A DNA stretch of 38,737 bases from a virus. Shown one piece after another: positions 13,627 through 22,609 of this stretch (the stretch's first letter is position 1; each line of letters opens with the position of its first letter). The DNA lies in the IMG/VR virus record IMGVR_UViG_3300029230_000021; one strand, given 5' to 3'. The translations under genes and the position numbers were made by a program. Under the pieces are notes generated by a model. It was not told the origin of the DNA. It made no database searches and saw nothing but the letters and a program-made list of their open reading frames with translations.

Positions 13627-14377
13627 CCCCGAACTTGATGGAATACCCGGCGTTATCGACGAGATAGTGTGTCTCTATGCCGATCTCGTTCAGACGGATG
13701 AGCCGAAGTTTACCCTCGTCGGTCATAACGAAATTCCCGACGTACATACCTGCGATGTATCCCAAGATTTCACGCATGGCGTATCCTCCGGGATACTGTA
13801 CCAGATAACCGCGTTGCATAATGTCCACCGTGCGGGGATCGACCTCTACGCCCATCAGCGCGGCAATAAAGCGCACAGTTTCAATGTCTGTCTTCGGCCA
13901 TGTGCCGATGTCGCCGGTCGTCTGGAAGTCCGCTTCCGCTTTCAGCATATCGTCATAGCCGTGGAACACTATCTCGTCCGTGCTCTCGCCGTCGTTTCTG
14001 GTATCGATATAGTAAACGCCCTTGGGTATCCACTCGCTATGCTTTGCGGCGTTGCAAGCGCGCACGAACGGCTTCAGAGAAGACATTTTTGCAATCGTTG
14101 CCGTCGGCTTTATCATCGTCACGTCTATCTCTGCCGACACACAGCAGCCAACAGCGGGCTTGTCGTCAGTGAACACGTGCTGAGTGGTTTTTATCTCTTT
14201 CAGCATATTAGCACTATACCCGCCGCTGTCGGAATCGTAGTAAATGCGCGTCCCGCCAAACGTGATATAGTTTTTGCTCTCGTCTATGAGGTAAAATTCG
14301 TCGCCGATTACCAGCTTGGTTTCAAACCAATGGTCACCGGCGATTATTTCTTTGTACAGTGCGCTCGTCGTCTGCAT
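13607..14377 (-). CDS. Tail tip/baseplate protein (Tal-position)
   Basis: Second gene after the tape measure. No catalytic motif recognised. Confidence 0.5.
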   Translation of the reverse strand: MQTTSALYKEIIAGDHWFETKLVIGDEFYLIDESKNYITFGGTRIYYDSDSGGYSANMLKEIKTTQHVFTDDKPAVGCCVSAEIDVTMIKPTATIAKMSSLKPFVRACNAAKHSEWIPKGVYYIDTRNDGESTDEIVFHGYDDMLKAEADFQTTGDIGTWPKTDIETVRFIAALMGVEVDPRTVDIMQRGYLVQYPGGYAMREILGYIAGMYVGNFVMTDEGKLRLIRLNEIGIETHYLVDNAGYSIKFGGDRILV

Positions 14378-14379
14378 AG

Positions 14380-14745
14380 TTATCTCTCCACAAGCGCGAG
14401 CGCTTCAATTATCCAGCGGTCTTTCCCGTCGCCGAATGAGGTGTCGACCGTCGCGCTGCCGGTGCTGTTGTACATCGTGGTTATCTGGTCGCCCTTGAGC
14501 CAAGGGTTTGTATAAGTGACCTCGACATACTCAGGCATCAGCGCGGGCAGAACAATTTCCGCGTCGGCGGTATACAGCATCTTAAAGGTCGCGTCTATGC
14601 GGAATTTTGTCGCGATCCTCGCGCGGTGCATGGTGTAATCCATCGTGCGCCCCGCATCCGGGCTGTCACCGTCCTCCCGCGTGACCTTATAGCCGCCGCC
14701 ATCGAGATAAGGGAGCATATCAACGCCGTTTACTATAAGTTTCAT
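14380..14745 (-). CDS. Distal tail protein candidate (Dit-position, 121 aa)
   Basis: Lies immediately downstream of the tape measure, with overlapping start and stop. Confidence 0.5.
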   Translation of the reverse strand: MKLIVNGVDMLPYLDGGGYKVTREDGDSPDAGRTMDYTMHRARIATKFRIDATFKMLYTADAEIVLPALMPEYVEVTYTNPWLKGDQITTMYNSTGSATVDTSFGDGKDRWIIEALALVER

Positions 14746-17003
14746 TTGCCCCGCCCCCTGTTTCTCTCTTCGGTATAGGTGTACATGATCTCACCGACTT
14801 TACGCTTATCAAGGTAAACGTCGCTCGGCTCGATCTTGCCAACATTGCCGCCACTCAGCCGGTCGAGAAGCGCGTCCAGTTTGCTTTCCAGCTCGGGGGA
14901 TATACCGCCGTAGCTGCCGGAAGAGAACGCGTTAGGCGGCGCGACAAAGCCGCCAGCAACAGCAGGCATTCGCATATTCAGCCCGGCAAACTTGTCCGTC
15001 ATGCGGTCAAACATGATGTCGGCAAGCTCATTTGCGACCATAGTCACCCACTGCGTATTACGTTCAAGCGGAACGATAGCTTCTTTGCCAGCTTCGCCCG
15101 CTCCAATGAGTGTAGCCCCATCAACAATGCCGCCTTTCGCGTACCACGAGACACTAAGATGCGGTATTTTTGTCAGCCCAAAAAACTGAGCAAGTGCGCC
15201 CGCGTCCTGCCATTGTACTTGTATATGCGGCAGTCGCAGTTGTGGTAATTGGAATTGGAAGTTGAACAGATTTTTGATCTGATCAACTATCCCGGACAGC
15301 TTCGTTTTAAGGCCTTGAAACTTATCTACAATTCCGTTTATTAAATTTGTTGCAGGCACGATCGTTAAATACTTTACTTCCTCAAGGATTTTTAAGATGC
15401 CGTCGTCCCATAGCCACTTTTTCACTTGAGGTATCCATTTCTTATCAAGATCGAGATTGTTTATAGTCATGGCGAGCAATATCCCCATTGCTGCGCCAAG
15501 AGCCGCCCCCGCTGGACCGCCGACGCTAAAGCCAATCAGCCCACCAGCTAAACCGCCCAGAACAATAGCGAACTTTTCAAGCAGTGTCGATTCCGACCAG
15601 TTAGACGTGACTTCAACACCAACATCGCGCACAGCGAGGGCAAGCCCCACACCAACCGTCGCACCGAGCGCCGCACCGGCAAAACCGCCAAGAGAAAAGC
15701 CGATCAGACCGCCCGCAACTCCCATAAGCAGCAATAGCAAGCTTTTGAATATCTCATTTGCACTTAGATTGCCGTCATGGTCAAATATAAGAGAATCGGC
15801 AACAAGGCCAATAGACAAACCGGCAAGCGTGCCAACAATAGCGCCGGGAACGCCGCCAATCATAAAGCCCATTACGCCACCGGCAAGTCCGGTAAGTCCG
15901 GCAATAATCTTTTCGGCGATTTGCTCGCCCGTAAGATCATTCCAGTCGAGAAAAACATCTTTGAACGAAAGGGCAAGTTTGCCAGTAAAAGAATCCATAT
16001 TGACGGCTTCATCCACTAAGACAAAAGCATTGCCAGCGCTGCCGCCACCTCCACCGCTGCCGGTGTTGGTATCGTTCATGATATTCAGCGTATCAATGCC
16101 CATCAGTTGCTTTTTTGCTTCTTTGGCATTGTCCGCCGCGCCTCCGAGGTTAGATGACAGCTTGCCAGTATTCGCTATGGCTTTTTTGAACGTGCCTTTA
16201 CCGCTCAGCACTGCGAAAAACTGTGCAATGGCGCTTGCTGCCTTTGCAAGCCACCCTATAAGCGTTTGCAGTACAGGAATGACCGCATTAAGGATCGGCG
16301 CAAATGCCGCTCCCCAAGAGCCTTTAAGCCCCTGCAAGGATGCTTTCAGCTCATTGATGCTCTTTTGCGTATCCGGGTCATTTTCTGCAAAAGCCTTTAC
16401 TGCTTCGACCGTATAAGTTTTCAGCTTACTGAACAGCGCATAAAGTGTACGTATGCCTATACCGTATCTGAGCAGGCTCTTTACACCGCTATTAACAGCA
16501 GCCCGCGTACCCACAAATATAGCCTTGAGATTTTTACCCTTTGTCGCGTCTGTTATCTGTTCTGTAAGCTTCCCTGCGCGTTCTTGCGCTTGCTCAAGCT
16601 CTGCCGTCTGTTGCGCGAGCACATCGAGTATCTTACTGTCTTGTGCTTCGAGCTTTTGCGCCTCTTTTTCTTTGGCCTGCATGATTTTTTCTTGCTCTGC
16701 AAGCTCGGCCTTAATTTGAGTCTGGCGTTGGATTTCAGCAATATAAGTACCGGGGTCAGCGTTACCGGTTATGCTTGTTCTTGCTTCACTCTCGGCAAGC
16801 GCCGCTTTCAGCTCTTCGACGCGGTTATATGCTTCAACAGCTGCGTCCTGCGCCTCCTTGAGCTGTTCAACTATTGGCGCTCGCGCAGATTCATTTTTTG
16901 CTATATTTTCTTTGAGCTTGTCCATCTTGTTTGCAAGCTTGTCAAGCTCTTTGGCGGCTTGGCCATCGTCAATTTCCACCGGGAATCTCAATTCAGTTGC
17001 CAT
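14742..17003 (-). CDS. Tail tape measure protein (753 aa)
   Basis: Long N-terminal coiled coil, Gly/Ala-rich hydrophobic central repeats (GGLIGFSLGGFAGAALG). Position between the chaperones and the tail tip. Confidence 0.9.
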   Translation of the reverse strand: MATELRFPVEIDDGQAAKELDKLANKMDKLKENIAKNESARAPIVEQLKEAQDAAVEAYNRVEELKAALAESEARTSITGNADPGTYIAEIQRQTQIKAELAEQEKIMQAKEKEAQKLEAQDSKILDVLAQQTAELEQAQERAGKLTEQITDATKGKNLKAIFVGTRAAVNSGVKSLLRYGIGIRTLYALFSKLKTYTVEAVKAFAENDPDTQKSINELKASLQGLKGSWGAAFAPILNAVIPVLQTLIGWLAKAASAIAQFFAVLSGKGTFKKAIANTGKLSSNLGGAADNAKEAKKQLMGIDTLNIMNDTNTGSGGGGGSAGNAFVLVDEAVNMDSFTGKLALSFKDVFLDWNDLTGEQIAEKIIAGLTGLAGGVMGFMIGGVPGAIVGTLAGLSIGLVADSLIFDHDGNLSANEIFKSLLLLLMGVAGGLIGFSLGGFAGAALGATVGVGLALAVRDVGVEVTSNWSESTLLEKFAIVLGGLAGGLIGFSVGGPAGAALGAAMGILLAMTINNLDLDKKWIPQVKKWLWDDGILKILEEVKYLTIVPATNLINGIVDKFQGLKTKLSGIVDQIKNLFNFQFQLPQLRLPHIQVQWQDAGALAQFFGLTKIPHLSVSWYAKGGIVDGATLIGAGEAGKEAIVPLERNTQWVTMVANELADIMFDRMTDKFAGLNMRMPAVAGGFVAPPNAFSSGSYGGISPELESKLDALLDRLSGGNVGKIEPSDVYLDKRKVGEIMYTYTEERNRGRGK

Positions 17004-17552
17004 TTATCCGCCTCCTGTCCATTTCTTCAACATTTCTTCATCTTCCGCCGTGTATTTTTGCGGAAGATTTACGATTTCGCGATTCTGCCTTAACCATTCG
17101 CGTTCATACTTCTCAAGTTTCTTACCCTTTGCCAACTTAGAACGGATATTGACGATTTGCGAGAATGCGCAGTCTCCGCCAATCTCCATATACGCGCCCA
17201 TGAACGTCCACCAATGGAGATATTCGACTGAGCGGCATTCGTAGCCGAGAACGCGATTTACCGGCGCGATGATGTACGGGAAATCTTTTTCCCAGTCCAC
17301 CAAACGAGCGGATTTCTTGCCGTGCGGTTGTCCGAGATCGATAAACCAGAAGCATTTTTCAAGTGCTTCCGAATAGTTCGAAAGCGTCTCCCACTCAGGA
17401 AAAATCGTCTCTATCGTTGCTTGCGCTTTGTCAGCATCGGAGAAATCCGGGTCGTTCAAAACCTCTATAAGCTCGAGGATGACCCTATAATCCGTGCGTA
17501 TGGCATGGTCAACGCCGCCCACGTTGAGCGACATAGGCAACGAATAAATCAT
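17004..17552 (-). CDS. Gp15-like tail assembly protein (A118-type)
   Basis: IRTDYRVILELIEVLNDPDFSDADK..., typical of the bacteriophage Gp15 family. Lies upstream of the TMP. Confidence 0.65.
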   Translation of the reverse strand: MIYSLPMSLNVGGVDHAIRTDYRVILELIEVLNDPDFSDADKAQATIETIFPEWETLSNYSEALEKCFWFIDLGQPHGKKSARLVDWEKDFPYIIAPVNRVLGYECRSVEYLHWWTFMGAYMEIGGDCAFSQIVNIRSKLAKGKKLEKYEREWLRQNREIVNLPQKYTAEDEEMLKKWTGGG

Positions 17553-17977
17553 TTTTTGAACTTCGCGAGGTACTTTTGCAGCTTGGGATTAGTGGCTTTC
17601 TTCTCTACCGTGAATGTATCGTTCATGTTCTCTATAAGGCAAAGCATGAGGTTACACCACACCGGCAGGCCACCCGCCATTGCGTACACGTTCATACGAC
17701 CATAAAGCGGAGTACATACGTCAAAACCAAAAAGGCCGTTTATCAGCTCGCGCATCTCAGCGTCCATAGTGCGTGCAGTTGCAAACACGGTCTTTGCGTC
17801 GGCTTCGTTTTTGAGTGCCACCTGATATTTATCCTGCTGCTTATCCATCGCATCGAACGCATCAAAAACGCGCTCCACGAAATCTATGTCGGTAAGGTTG
17901 AGCCATACCGAGACTTTATTATTAAGCGAAATTTCCTGTATGCCGTCATCCGGCGTGAAAACAAGCTTATCCGCCAT
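17549..17977 (-). CDS. Tail assembly chaperone candidate (142 aa from ATG 17977)
   Basis: RBS aaggaggg before MADKLVFTPDDG. Position between the major tail protein and the Gp15-like gene. Confidence 0.55.
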   Translation of the reverse strand: MADKLVFTPDDGIQEISLNNKVSVWLNLTDIDFVERVFDAFDAMDKQQDKYQVALKNEADAKTVFATARTMDAEMRELINGLFGFDVCTPLYGRMNVYAMAGGLPVWCNLMLCLIENMNDTFTVEKKATNPKLQKYLAKFKK

Positions 17978-18026
17978 AGTTCCCTCCTTAAAAAGCAAGG
18001 GGCGCGTATTACCGCGCCCCTGTTGA

Positions 18027-18539
18027 TTATGCTGCCGCCGGTGTAAACTCGATTGCGCCATTGCTGCCCTTGGTGGCGCTGCCGATAGTGCGTTTGCCGC
18101 CGAAAGTGACAGTTATAGGCATACCGGCACTGCCGCCGCCCTCGCCGCCGAGACCTGTTACCTCGATCATGCTGGATTCGTAGCGCTCGGCAAACCCGGC
18201 GTAACTGTGAACGATCAGCATATCCTGTGCCGCAAGCGCCATAGCGTCTTGTTTGACAACTGCGAGATTCCAGATGTGCTGCTGTGCGGCGTCGCCGCTG
18301 TCCATTTCGCACGGCTCGAAGCTCTGCGTGATAACAGGCTTTTTCATAGTGCCGTAGGTATCGCCGAGTATGTCTTTCTTGCTCTCAGTAGACCAGTCGT
18401 ATTCCTCGGAGCTGTCCTCGACGCGCTTACCGAGCGGAGACCATACCGGACTTTCATTAGTGCCGGTATTAAGGTAAGCAATGAGCAGTTCACGGGCTAC
18501 GGCCTGTCCCGCCGTGGTAGTCCATGTATATTCAGCCAT
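18027..18539 (-). CDS. Major tail protein
   Basis: 170 aa, beta-rich, in the canonical position. N-terminus AVARELLIAYLNTGTNESPVWSPLGKRVEDS is typical of phi13/TP901-type tail tube proteins. Confidence 0.75.
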   Translation of the reverse strand: MAEYTWTTTAGQAVARELLIAYLNTGTNESPVWSPLGKRVEDSSEEYDWSTESKKDILGDTYGTMKKPVITQSFEPCEMDSGDAAQQHIWNLAVVKQDAMALAAQDMLIVHSYAGFAERYESSMIEVTGLGGEGGGSAGMPITVTFGGKRTIGSATKGSNGAIEFTPAAA

Positions 18540-18541
18540 TT

Positions 18542-18994
18542 TTAAATCACCTCGTAAAGTAAAGTTAAAAGGATCTGATGATCCTCAACATCGCCCTCAT
18601 ATCGGGCGAAAAGTGCCGCCGCCGTATCGCGCTTGACCTTCTTAACGGTAATGCCGTCGGCTATGGTCAGACTGCCGCTGTTCTGCTCTGCCCATTCGCC
18701 GTATTTATCCAGCACCTCGTCAGCAGTTATGCGCTCGTCGGCGTCTGTTGCCGTCGTGCGGTAAATGATTTTGAACTGGTACTGTGCCTGATATGTGCCG
18801 TCTATAAACTGCTTGGTCTTGTACGCCGCCTGTATGGTGGATATACAAAGACCGCTGCTCTTGCCTAACCATTCAAAGTCAAGCTTGGACAGCGGTTTAT
18901 TTGGGTACGTATTCAGCCATTTCCGCACTGCGCGGCTCACATCTGCGTTTTCCGACGCAGATACTAACGTTTTCGGTTTTTCTTCTTTATTCAA
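18542..18994 (-). CDS. Neck/tail-completion protein
   Basis: Gene order head-neck-tail. Resembles A118-type minor capsid/neck proteins. Confidence 0.5.
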   Translation of the reverse strand: MNKEEKPKTLVSASENADVSRAVRKWLNTYPNKPLSKLDFEWLGKSSGLCISTIQAAYKTKQFIDGTYQAQYQFKIIYRTTATDADERITADEVLDKYGEWAEQNSGSLTIADGITVKKVKRDTAAALFARYEGDVEDHQILLTLLYEVI

Positions 18995-19415
18995 GCCACA
19001 ACTTCACCGCTCTTTCTCCGACAAGCGCCCACTTCTCAGCGTTTTCTTCATAAGACGCTTCCATCCAGTGTGCTTGTGCCTTTGAATGCATATCCGTCGT
19101 AAACACAAGGGCTTTATCAATCGCGTGGAGCTTTGCGCCCTTGCGATGTCTCCATCCCACGTCCTTGATATACACTGCGTGACGCCCCATTTCGTCTACC
19201 ATGACCTTACCGGCATATAAATACGCGGCCTGATCGCCGGTATAAACGATCTCATTACCGTCGACGCGGGCGAGATTGGAGAATGCCCCGGTAAGCGCCG
19301 GGACATAAGGCGTCGTGTCTTTGAGCGCCTGTGTAGCAACGACGGCTTCGGCAGCGGTGCAAGCTGCTTTGAACTCGCGCCCTTTGATAACCTTGATCTT
19401 GAGCGTGATTTTCAT
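18987..19415 (-). CDS. Neck protein (HK97 gp10-like / minor capsid protein 2 type)
   Basis: ALKDTTPYVPALTGAFSNL...AAYLYAGKV...HSKAQAHWMEAS pattern. Confidence 0.55.
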   Translation of the reverse strand: MKITLKIKVIKGREFKAACTAAEAVVATQALKDTTPYVPALTGAFSNLARVDGNEIVYTGDQAAYLYAGKVMVDEMGRHAVYIKDVGWRHRKGAKLHAIDKALVFTTDMHSKAQAHWMEASYEENAEKWALVGERAVKLWLE

Positions 19416-19849
19416 TTGCCACCCACCTGCCAGTGAGCCATATCCCCGCCGAAGTCCCGGATATCGACCGTGGACACATCATAGACATATTCATGCGCCT
19501 GCCGCAGCTCCTTTAGGCTCATTTGCTCTGAGATTTCGCCCTTGGCAAAATACGTCGATGTGGAGCTGCTTTCGCCGCCGCTGTCAAGCGTCCAGAACTC
19601 GCCGGGATTGTCAGCCGCATAGAACGCTTTCGGCTCCTTATAGCGCTTCACATCGCCCGTGGTGCTTTCTGCCGTGACGGTGAACGGAATATAGAGCGTC
19701 GCCGCGTCCGCGTCTGACAAGCCCGTTTTCGCGATGTTAGCGCCCTTTGAGATATCGAGCAGCACACCGCGCAGTATCGTGATGTTATAGTGCTTGTCGA
19801 GGTCGTCATCTTCCCATATGTTAAAAACAGTCACAACATGAGGGAACAC
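19412..19849 (-). CDS. Head-tail adaptor/neck protein (start uncertain; ORF track starts at 19921)
   Basis: The GTG at 19849 follows GGGGAGG. The upstream part of the ORF overlaps the previous gene by 100 nt. Confidence 0.5.
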   Translation of the reverse strand: MFPHVVTVFNIWEDDDLDKHYNITILRGVLLDISKGANIAKTGLSDADAATLYIPFTVTAESTTGDVKRYKEPKAFYAADNPGEFWTLDSGGESSSTSTYFAKGEISEQMSLKELRQAHEYVYDVSTVDIRDFGGDMAHWQVGGK

Positions 19850-20225
19850 AGCAACCACCTCCCCGGTATAAGAGTCCGGTGTGCCCGAGATACTGCATTG
19901 CGATACCGGCCAGCGTCTCACGCGCTGCCGCTGCCGTCTCCGTGCCGCTTTTATATGTCTTGCTCCAAGCGCCCACGGTCTGGCTCTGCAGCTCGCCGCC
20001 GCTCATGCTCTGCGTCTGCGCGTTCTCTATGATCTGATACTGTTCAGCAAGCGCACAGCAGCACATTTTCAGCTCGTCGCCGGTGTACGTTTTAGCCTTG
20101 CCACGCGTGTAATAATCGAGAAAGGAGCTTGCCCGCGTTGCTGCACGGGCAAACTCTTCTTCGGTTAGTGCGCTGCCGAGATAGGTGGTCGTGTAATATG
20201 TGTAATCAGCATACATCACGCTCAC
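19821..20225 (-). CDS. Head-tail connector (gp6-like)
   Basis: YADYTYYTTTYLGSALTEEEFARAATRASSFLDYYTRG is typical of gp6-like connector proteins. Confidence 0.6.
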   Translation of the reverse strand: MSVMYADYTYYTTTYLGSALTEEEFARAATRASSFLDYYTRGKAKTYTGDELKMCCCALAEQYQIIENAQTQSMSGGELQSQTVGAWSKTYKSGTETAAAARETLAGIAMQYLGHTGLLYRGGGCCVPSCCDCF

Positions 20226-20234
20226 CTCCGGTTA

Positions 20235-21446
20235 TCAAGAGACGGTAACAGCCGCTGTGCCGGTCTTAGTGCCGTCCTGCTTGGAAGTTGCGGTGACGGT
20301 CAGTGCAGTGTTGGTCTCATTGGAAGCGATAGTCAGATTGCCGTTTTCGTCAATCTTAGTGCCCGCCTTGACGGCAGAGCTGCCAGCAACGCTCCACAGA
20401 ACGCCGTTAGACACAGCGCCCTCACCTGCGACAGTCGCAGTAAACACCTTGCTTGCGCCCTTAGCGACGGAAGCCGTCGCCGGAGCGACGGTAACGGTGC
20501 TGACAGTACCGGCAGGGGCGTAAACCGCGAACGGGCAGGGATTGGCGATGTTATCGTTGTATGCACTCTTGGGATTGGGGATTTCCCAGCCAAGACGCAT
20601 GACAGCGCGCAGCGCAACCATGTCATTCTGCATGAGGTTGTACACGATGGAGTTATCAGACGGGTCTTGCACAACGCCCTGATCGAATATCTTGAAAGTG
20701 ATATCCTGACGGATGGAGTAGACAAGCTCCGTCCAGTCACCGGCAAACATAAGCGCCTTGGTGGTGTCAAATGCGCCGTTGCGGGGGAAGTACATAGGCG
20801 AGCCGTCAAGCGCATACGGGGTAGCGCCCTGCATATCGGTTTTGAAGAGCGGAACGCCGTTCAGGTCTTTCAGACCGCGCAGCTTGGCGCGCATCTGGAT
20901 TGCAGACATGATACCGTTGACGAGATAGCCGCTCTCTTCAACCTTGGCGATAACGCCGCCCTCCGCCATGATATCATCATAGATATAGGGAGTTGCCGCA
21001 ACGACGGAACCGGCTTTCTTGCAGGTCTCAAGGACGCTATCGCGCCAAGAAGTGGGCTTGTTCGTGCCGAACAGGATAGCGCTGTCAATAACCTTGCCGA
21101 ATGCCTCAACAAGGCGCGGGCGAACCTCACCCCAGATGTCGTAATCCGCATCGTCAAGGACGGCTTCGGGGATGGGCACGATAACGGCGATCTCTTCGGC
21201 ATAGATTTTCTTCTTGTCCCACTTCATTTTAGTGGTCTGCTTCATGCCGGTATCGCCGTTGACGAAATAGGCAGTAGGCAGCATATCCAGCACGTTCATG
21301 GTCTGGGTCTTGCTGGTCATGTTGGGCAGTCTGCGCCCCATTTGGAGGACGGCGCTGCCCTCGGTAACCCCTTGAATTATCTCACGGGTTACGGGTTCGG
21401 GGATCAGTCCCGAAAGGTCAGTTCTGTTGACAATGTTTGTAGCCAA
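20235..21446 (-). CDS. Major capsid protein (HK97-fold type) with a fused C-terminal Ig-like (Big_2-like) domain
   Basis: Position after the scaffold. C-terminal VTVAPATASVAKGASKVFTATVAGEGAVSNGVLWSV...LTVTATSKQDGTKTGTAAVTVS. Confidence 0.85.
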   Translation of the reverse strand: MATNIVNRTDLSGLIPEPVTREIIQGVTEGSAVLQMGRRLPNMTSKTQTMNVLDMLPTAYFVNGDTGMKQTTKMKWDKKKIYAEEIAVIVPIPEAVLDDADYDIWGEVRPRLVEAFGKVIDSAILFGTNKPTSWRDSVLETCKKAGSVVAATPYIYDDIMAEGGVIAKVEESGYLVNGIMSAIQMRAKLRGLKDLNGVPLFKTDMQGATPYALDGSPMYFPRNGAFDTTKALMFAGDWTELVYSIRQDITFKIFDQGVVQDPSDNSIVYNLMQNDMVALRAVMRLGWEIPNPKSAYNDNIANPCPFAVYAPAGTVSTVTVAPATASVAKGASKVFTATVAGEGAVSNGVLWSVAGSSAVKAGTKIDENGNLTIASNETNTALTVTATSKQDGTKTGTAAVTVS

Positions 21447-21460
21447 TGTTTATACCTCAC

Positions 21461-21961
21461 TTATCTAAATTTGCCCCTTATGAGGGCGTTCATTGCGTCG
21501 TTAGCACCATTTGTGCCCCCGGCGCTGCCTCCGACGTGTGCGGACATGTCCACGCGCACACCCGCGGGCTTTCTTTCCTTGAGGAAAGCGTCTGCCGCTT
21601 TCTCAAAGCTCACAGTATCGGTCGCTTTCTGCCCGATCTTGAAACAGTAAAATTCAAGCTCGTCAGCGCTCACGCCCTTTGATGTCAGATACTTTTCTCT
21701 CTCATACTGCGTGATTTTTGCTTCGGCGGCAAGGCGCGCCGTTTTTTCGGTGTCGCGCTCTTTCTCAATGTCCTTGAGCTTTTCCGCTTCGCTCTGCTGA
21801 TTTGCTTTCCAAGCGTTATATGCTTTCAGCTCGTCCTCGCTCGGCATTCCGCGCGTGGCTCTTGCAAGCCTCTTCGCAACAATGGTATCGACCTCCGCTT
21901 GTGTAAAGGTCTGTTCGCTCCCGGCAGCGCCGGTGTTGGTGTTGACATTCTCTTCTGCCAT
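21461..21961 (-). CDS. Scaffolding protein (GP20-like)
   Basis: MAEENVNTNT...FTQAEVDTIVAKRLARA, coiled coil. RBS acggagg. Lies upstream of the capsid gene. Confidence 0.75.
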   Translation of the reverse strand: MAEENVNTNTGAAGSEQTFTQAEVDTIVAKRLARATRGMPSEDELKAYNAWKANQQSEAEKLKDIEKERDTEKTARLAAEAKITQYEREKYLTSKGVSADELEFYCFKIGQKATDTVSFEKAADAFLKERKPAGVRVDMSAHVGGSAGGTNGANDAMNALIRGKFR

Positions 21962-22170
21962 AAATAAACCTCCGTTTACCGCCCGTCGGCGTATTCCGTT
22001 TTGTGCCCGTCGGCATATCAAAAAGTGGCTATCGCATTTCTGCAATAACCACTGAATGAACATATTAAAATAACGTTTCGCCTAAATAGAACGGTGTCCC
22101 ATCGGAAAACCATTCCGCAACGCTTGAAACGTTGGATCGTGCCTTGCTCGTCGGCGCAGCGTTTCCGTGT

Positions 22171-22244
22171 TGGCGGCGCAAGCGGGATTTGAACCCACAA
22201 CAACGGCGTCAAAGGCCGTTGTGTTACCATTACACCATTGCGCT
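22171..22244 (-). tRNA. tRNA-Gln (anticodon UUG), 74 nt with encoded CCA
   Basis: Folded by hand. Acceptor agcgcaa/ttgcgcc (A1 opposite C72), D-arm gtgt-aatggta-acac, anticodon arm acggc-cTTTGac-gccgt, T-arm gtggg-ttcaaat-cccgc, discriminator G, CCA. Confidence 0.9.
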
Positions 22245-22375
22245 ATATATTGCATGGCCGCTGTTGAGCAGTAGCGACGCGGTATTTATATCCCCCACCG
22301 CTTGGGGCATAGAAAGGAGAAGAAAGGAAAAGGAGGTGTATTCGCTCTCTGTCATGCTTTTAGATAAATGGGCAT

Positions 22376-22406
22376 AGAAAAAGCACCGTGTGTTTACACA
22401 GTGCTT
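22376..22406 (-). terminator. Rho-independent terminator after the MuF/immunity pair
   Basis: The minus strand reads aagcactgtgt-aaac-acacggtgctt followed by tttct. It lies 6 nt after the stop at 22412. Confidence 0.6.
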
Positions 22407-22411
22407 AAAAA

Positions 22412-22609
22412 CTATATTTCGGTTATTTCCGCGATGTCTGCGAGATCAACAAAAGAGCTCGTCCCTACTACGATATAGTTTATGAACTTATCGTACTCAT
22501 CGTCTAACTCACTGTAAACATGGCATACGCCTTTAACCTCTTTCCCGCTTGTCAATTTCACAGAAACTAATTTGAGGTTAAACGGTGCTATGGAGTGTAT
22601 ATCATACAT
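22412..22609 (-). CDS. Candidate immunity protein for the MuF toxin domain (65 aa, AT-rich)
   Basis: ATG 22609 overlaps the MuF stop by 8 nt (ATGTATGA). MYDIHSIAPFNLKLVSVKLTSGKEVKGVCHVYSELDDEYDKF... Local GC is visibly lower than in the flanks. Confidence 0.5.
   Translation of the reverse strand: MYDIHSIAPFNLKLVSVKLTSGKEVKGVCHVYSELDDEYDKFINYIVVGTSSFVDLADIAEITEI

Noticed and set aside
22018-22377. ORFs 22018-22230 (minus) and 22132-22377 (plus) in the scaffold-MuF gap
   Set aside because: Both overlap the well-folded tRNA-Gln gene and terminator sequences. No RBS is present and the translations are implausible.
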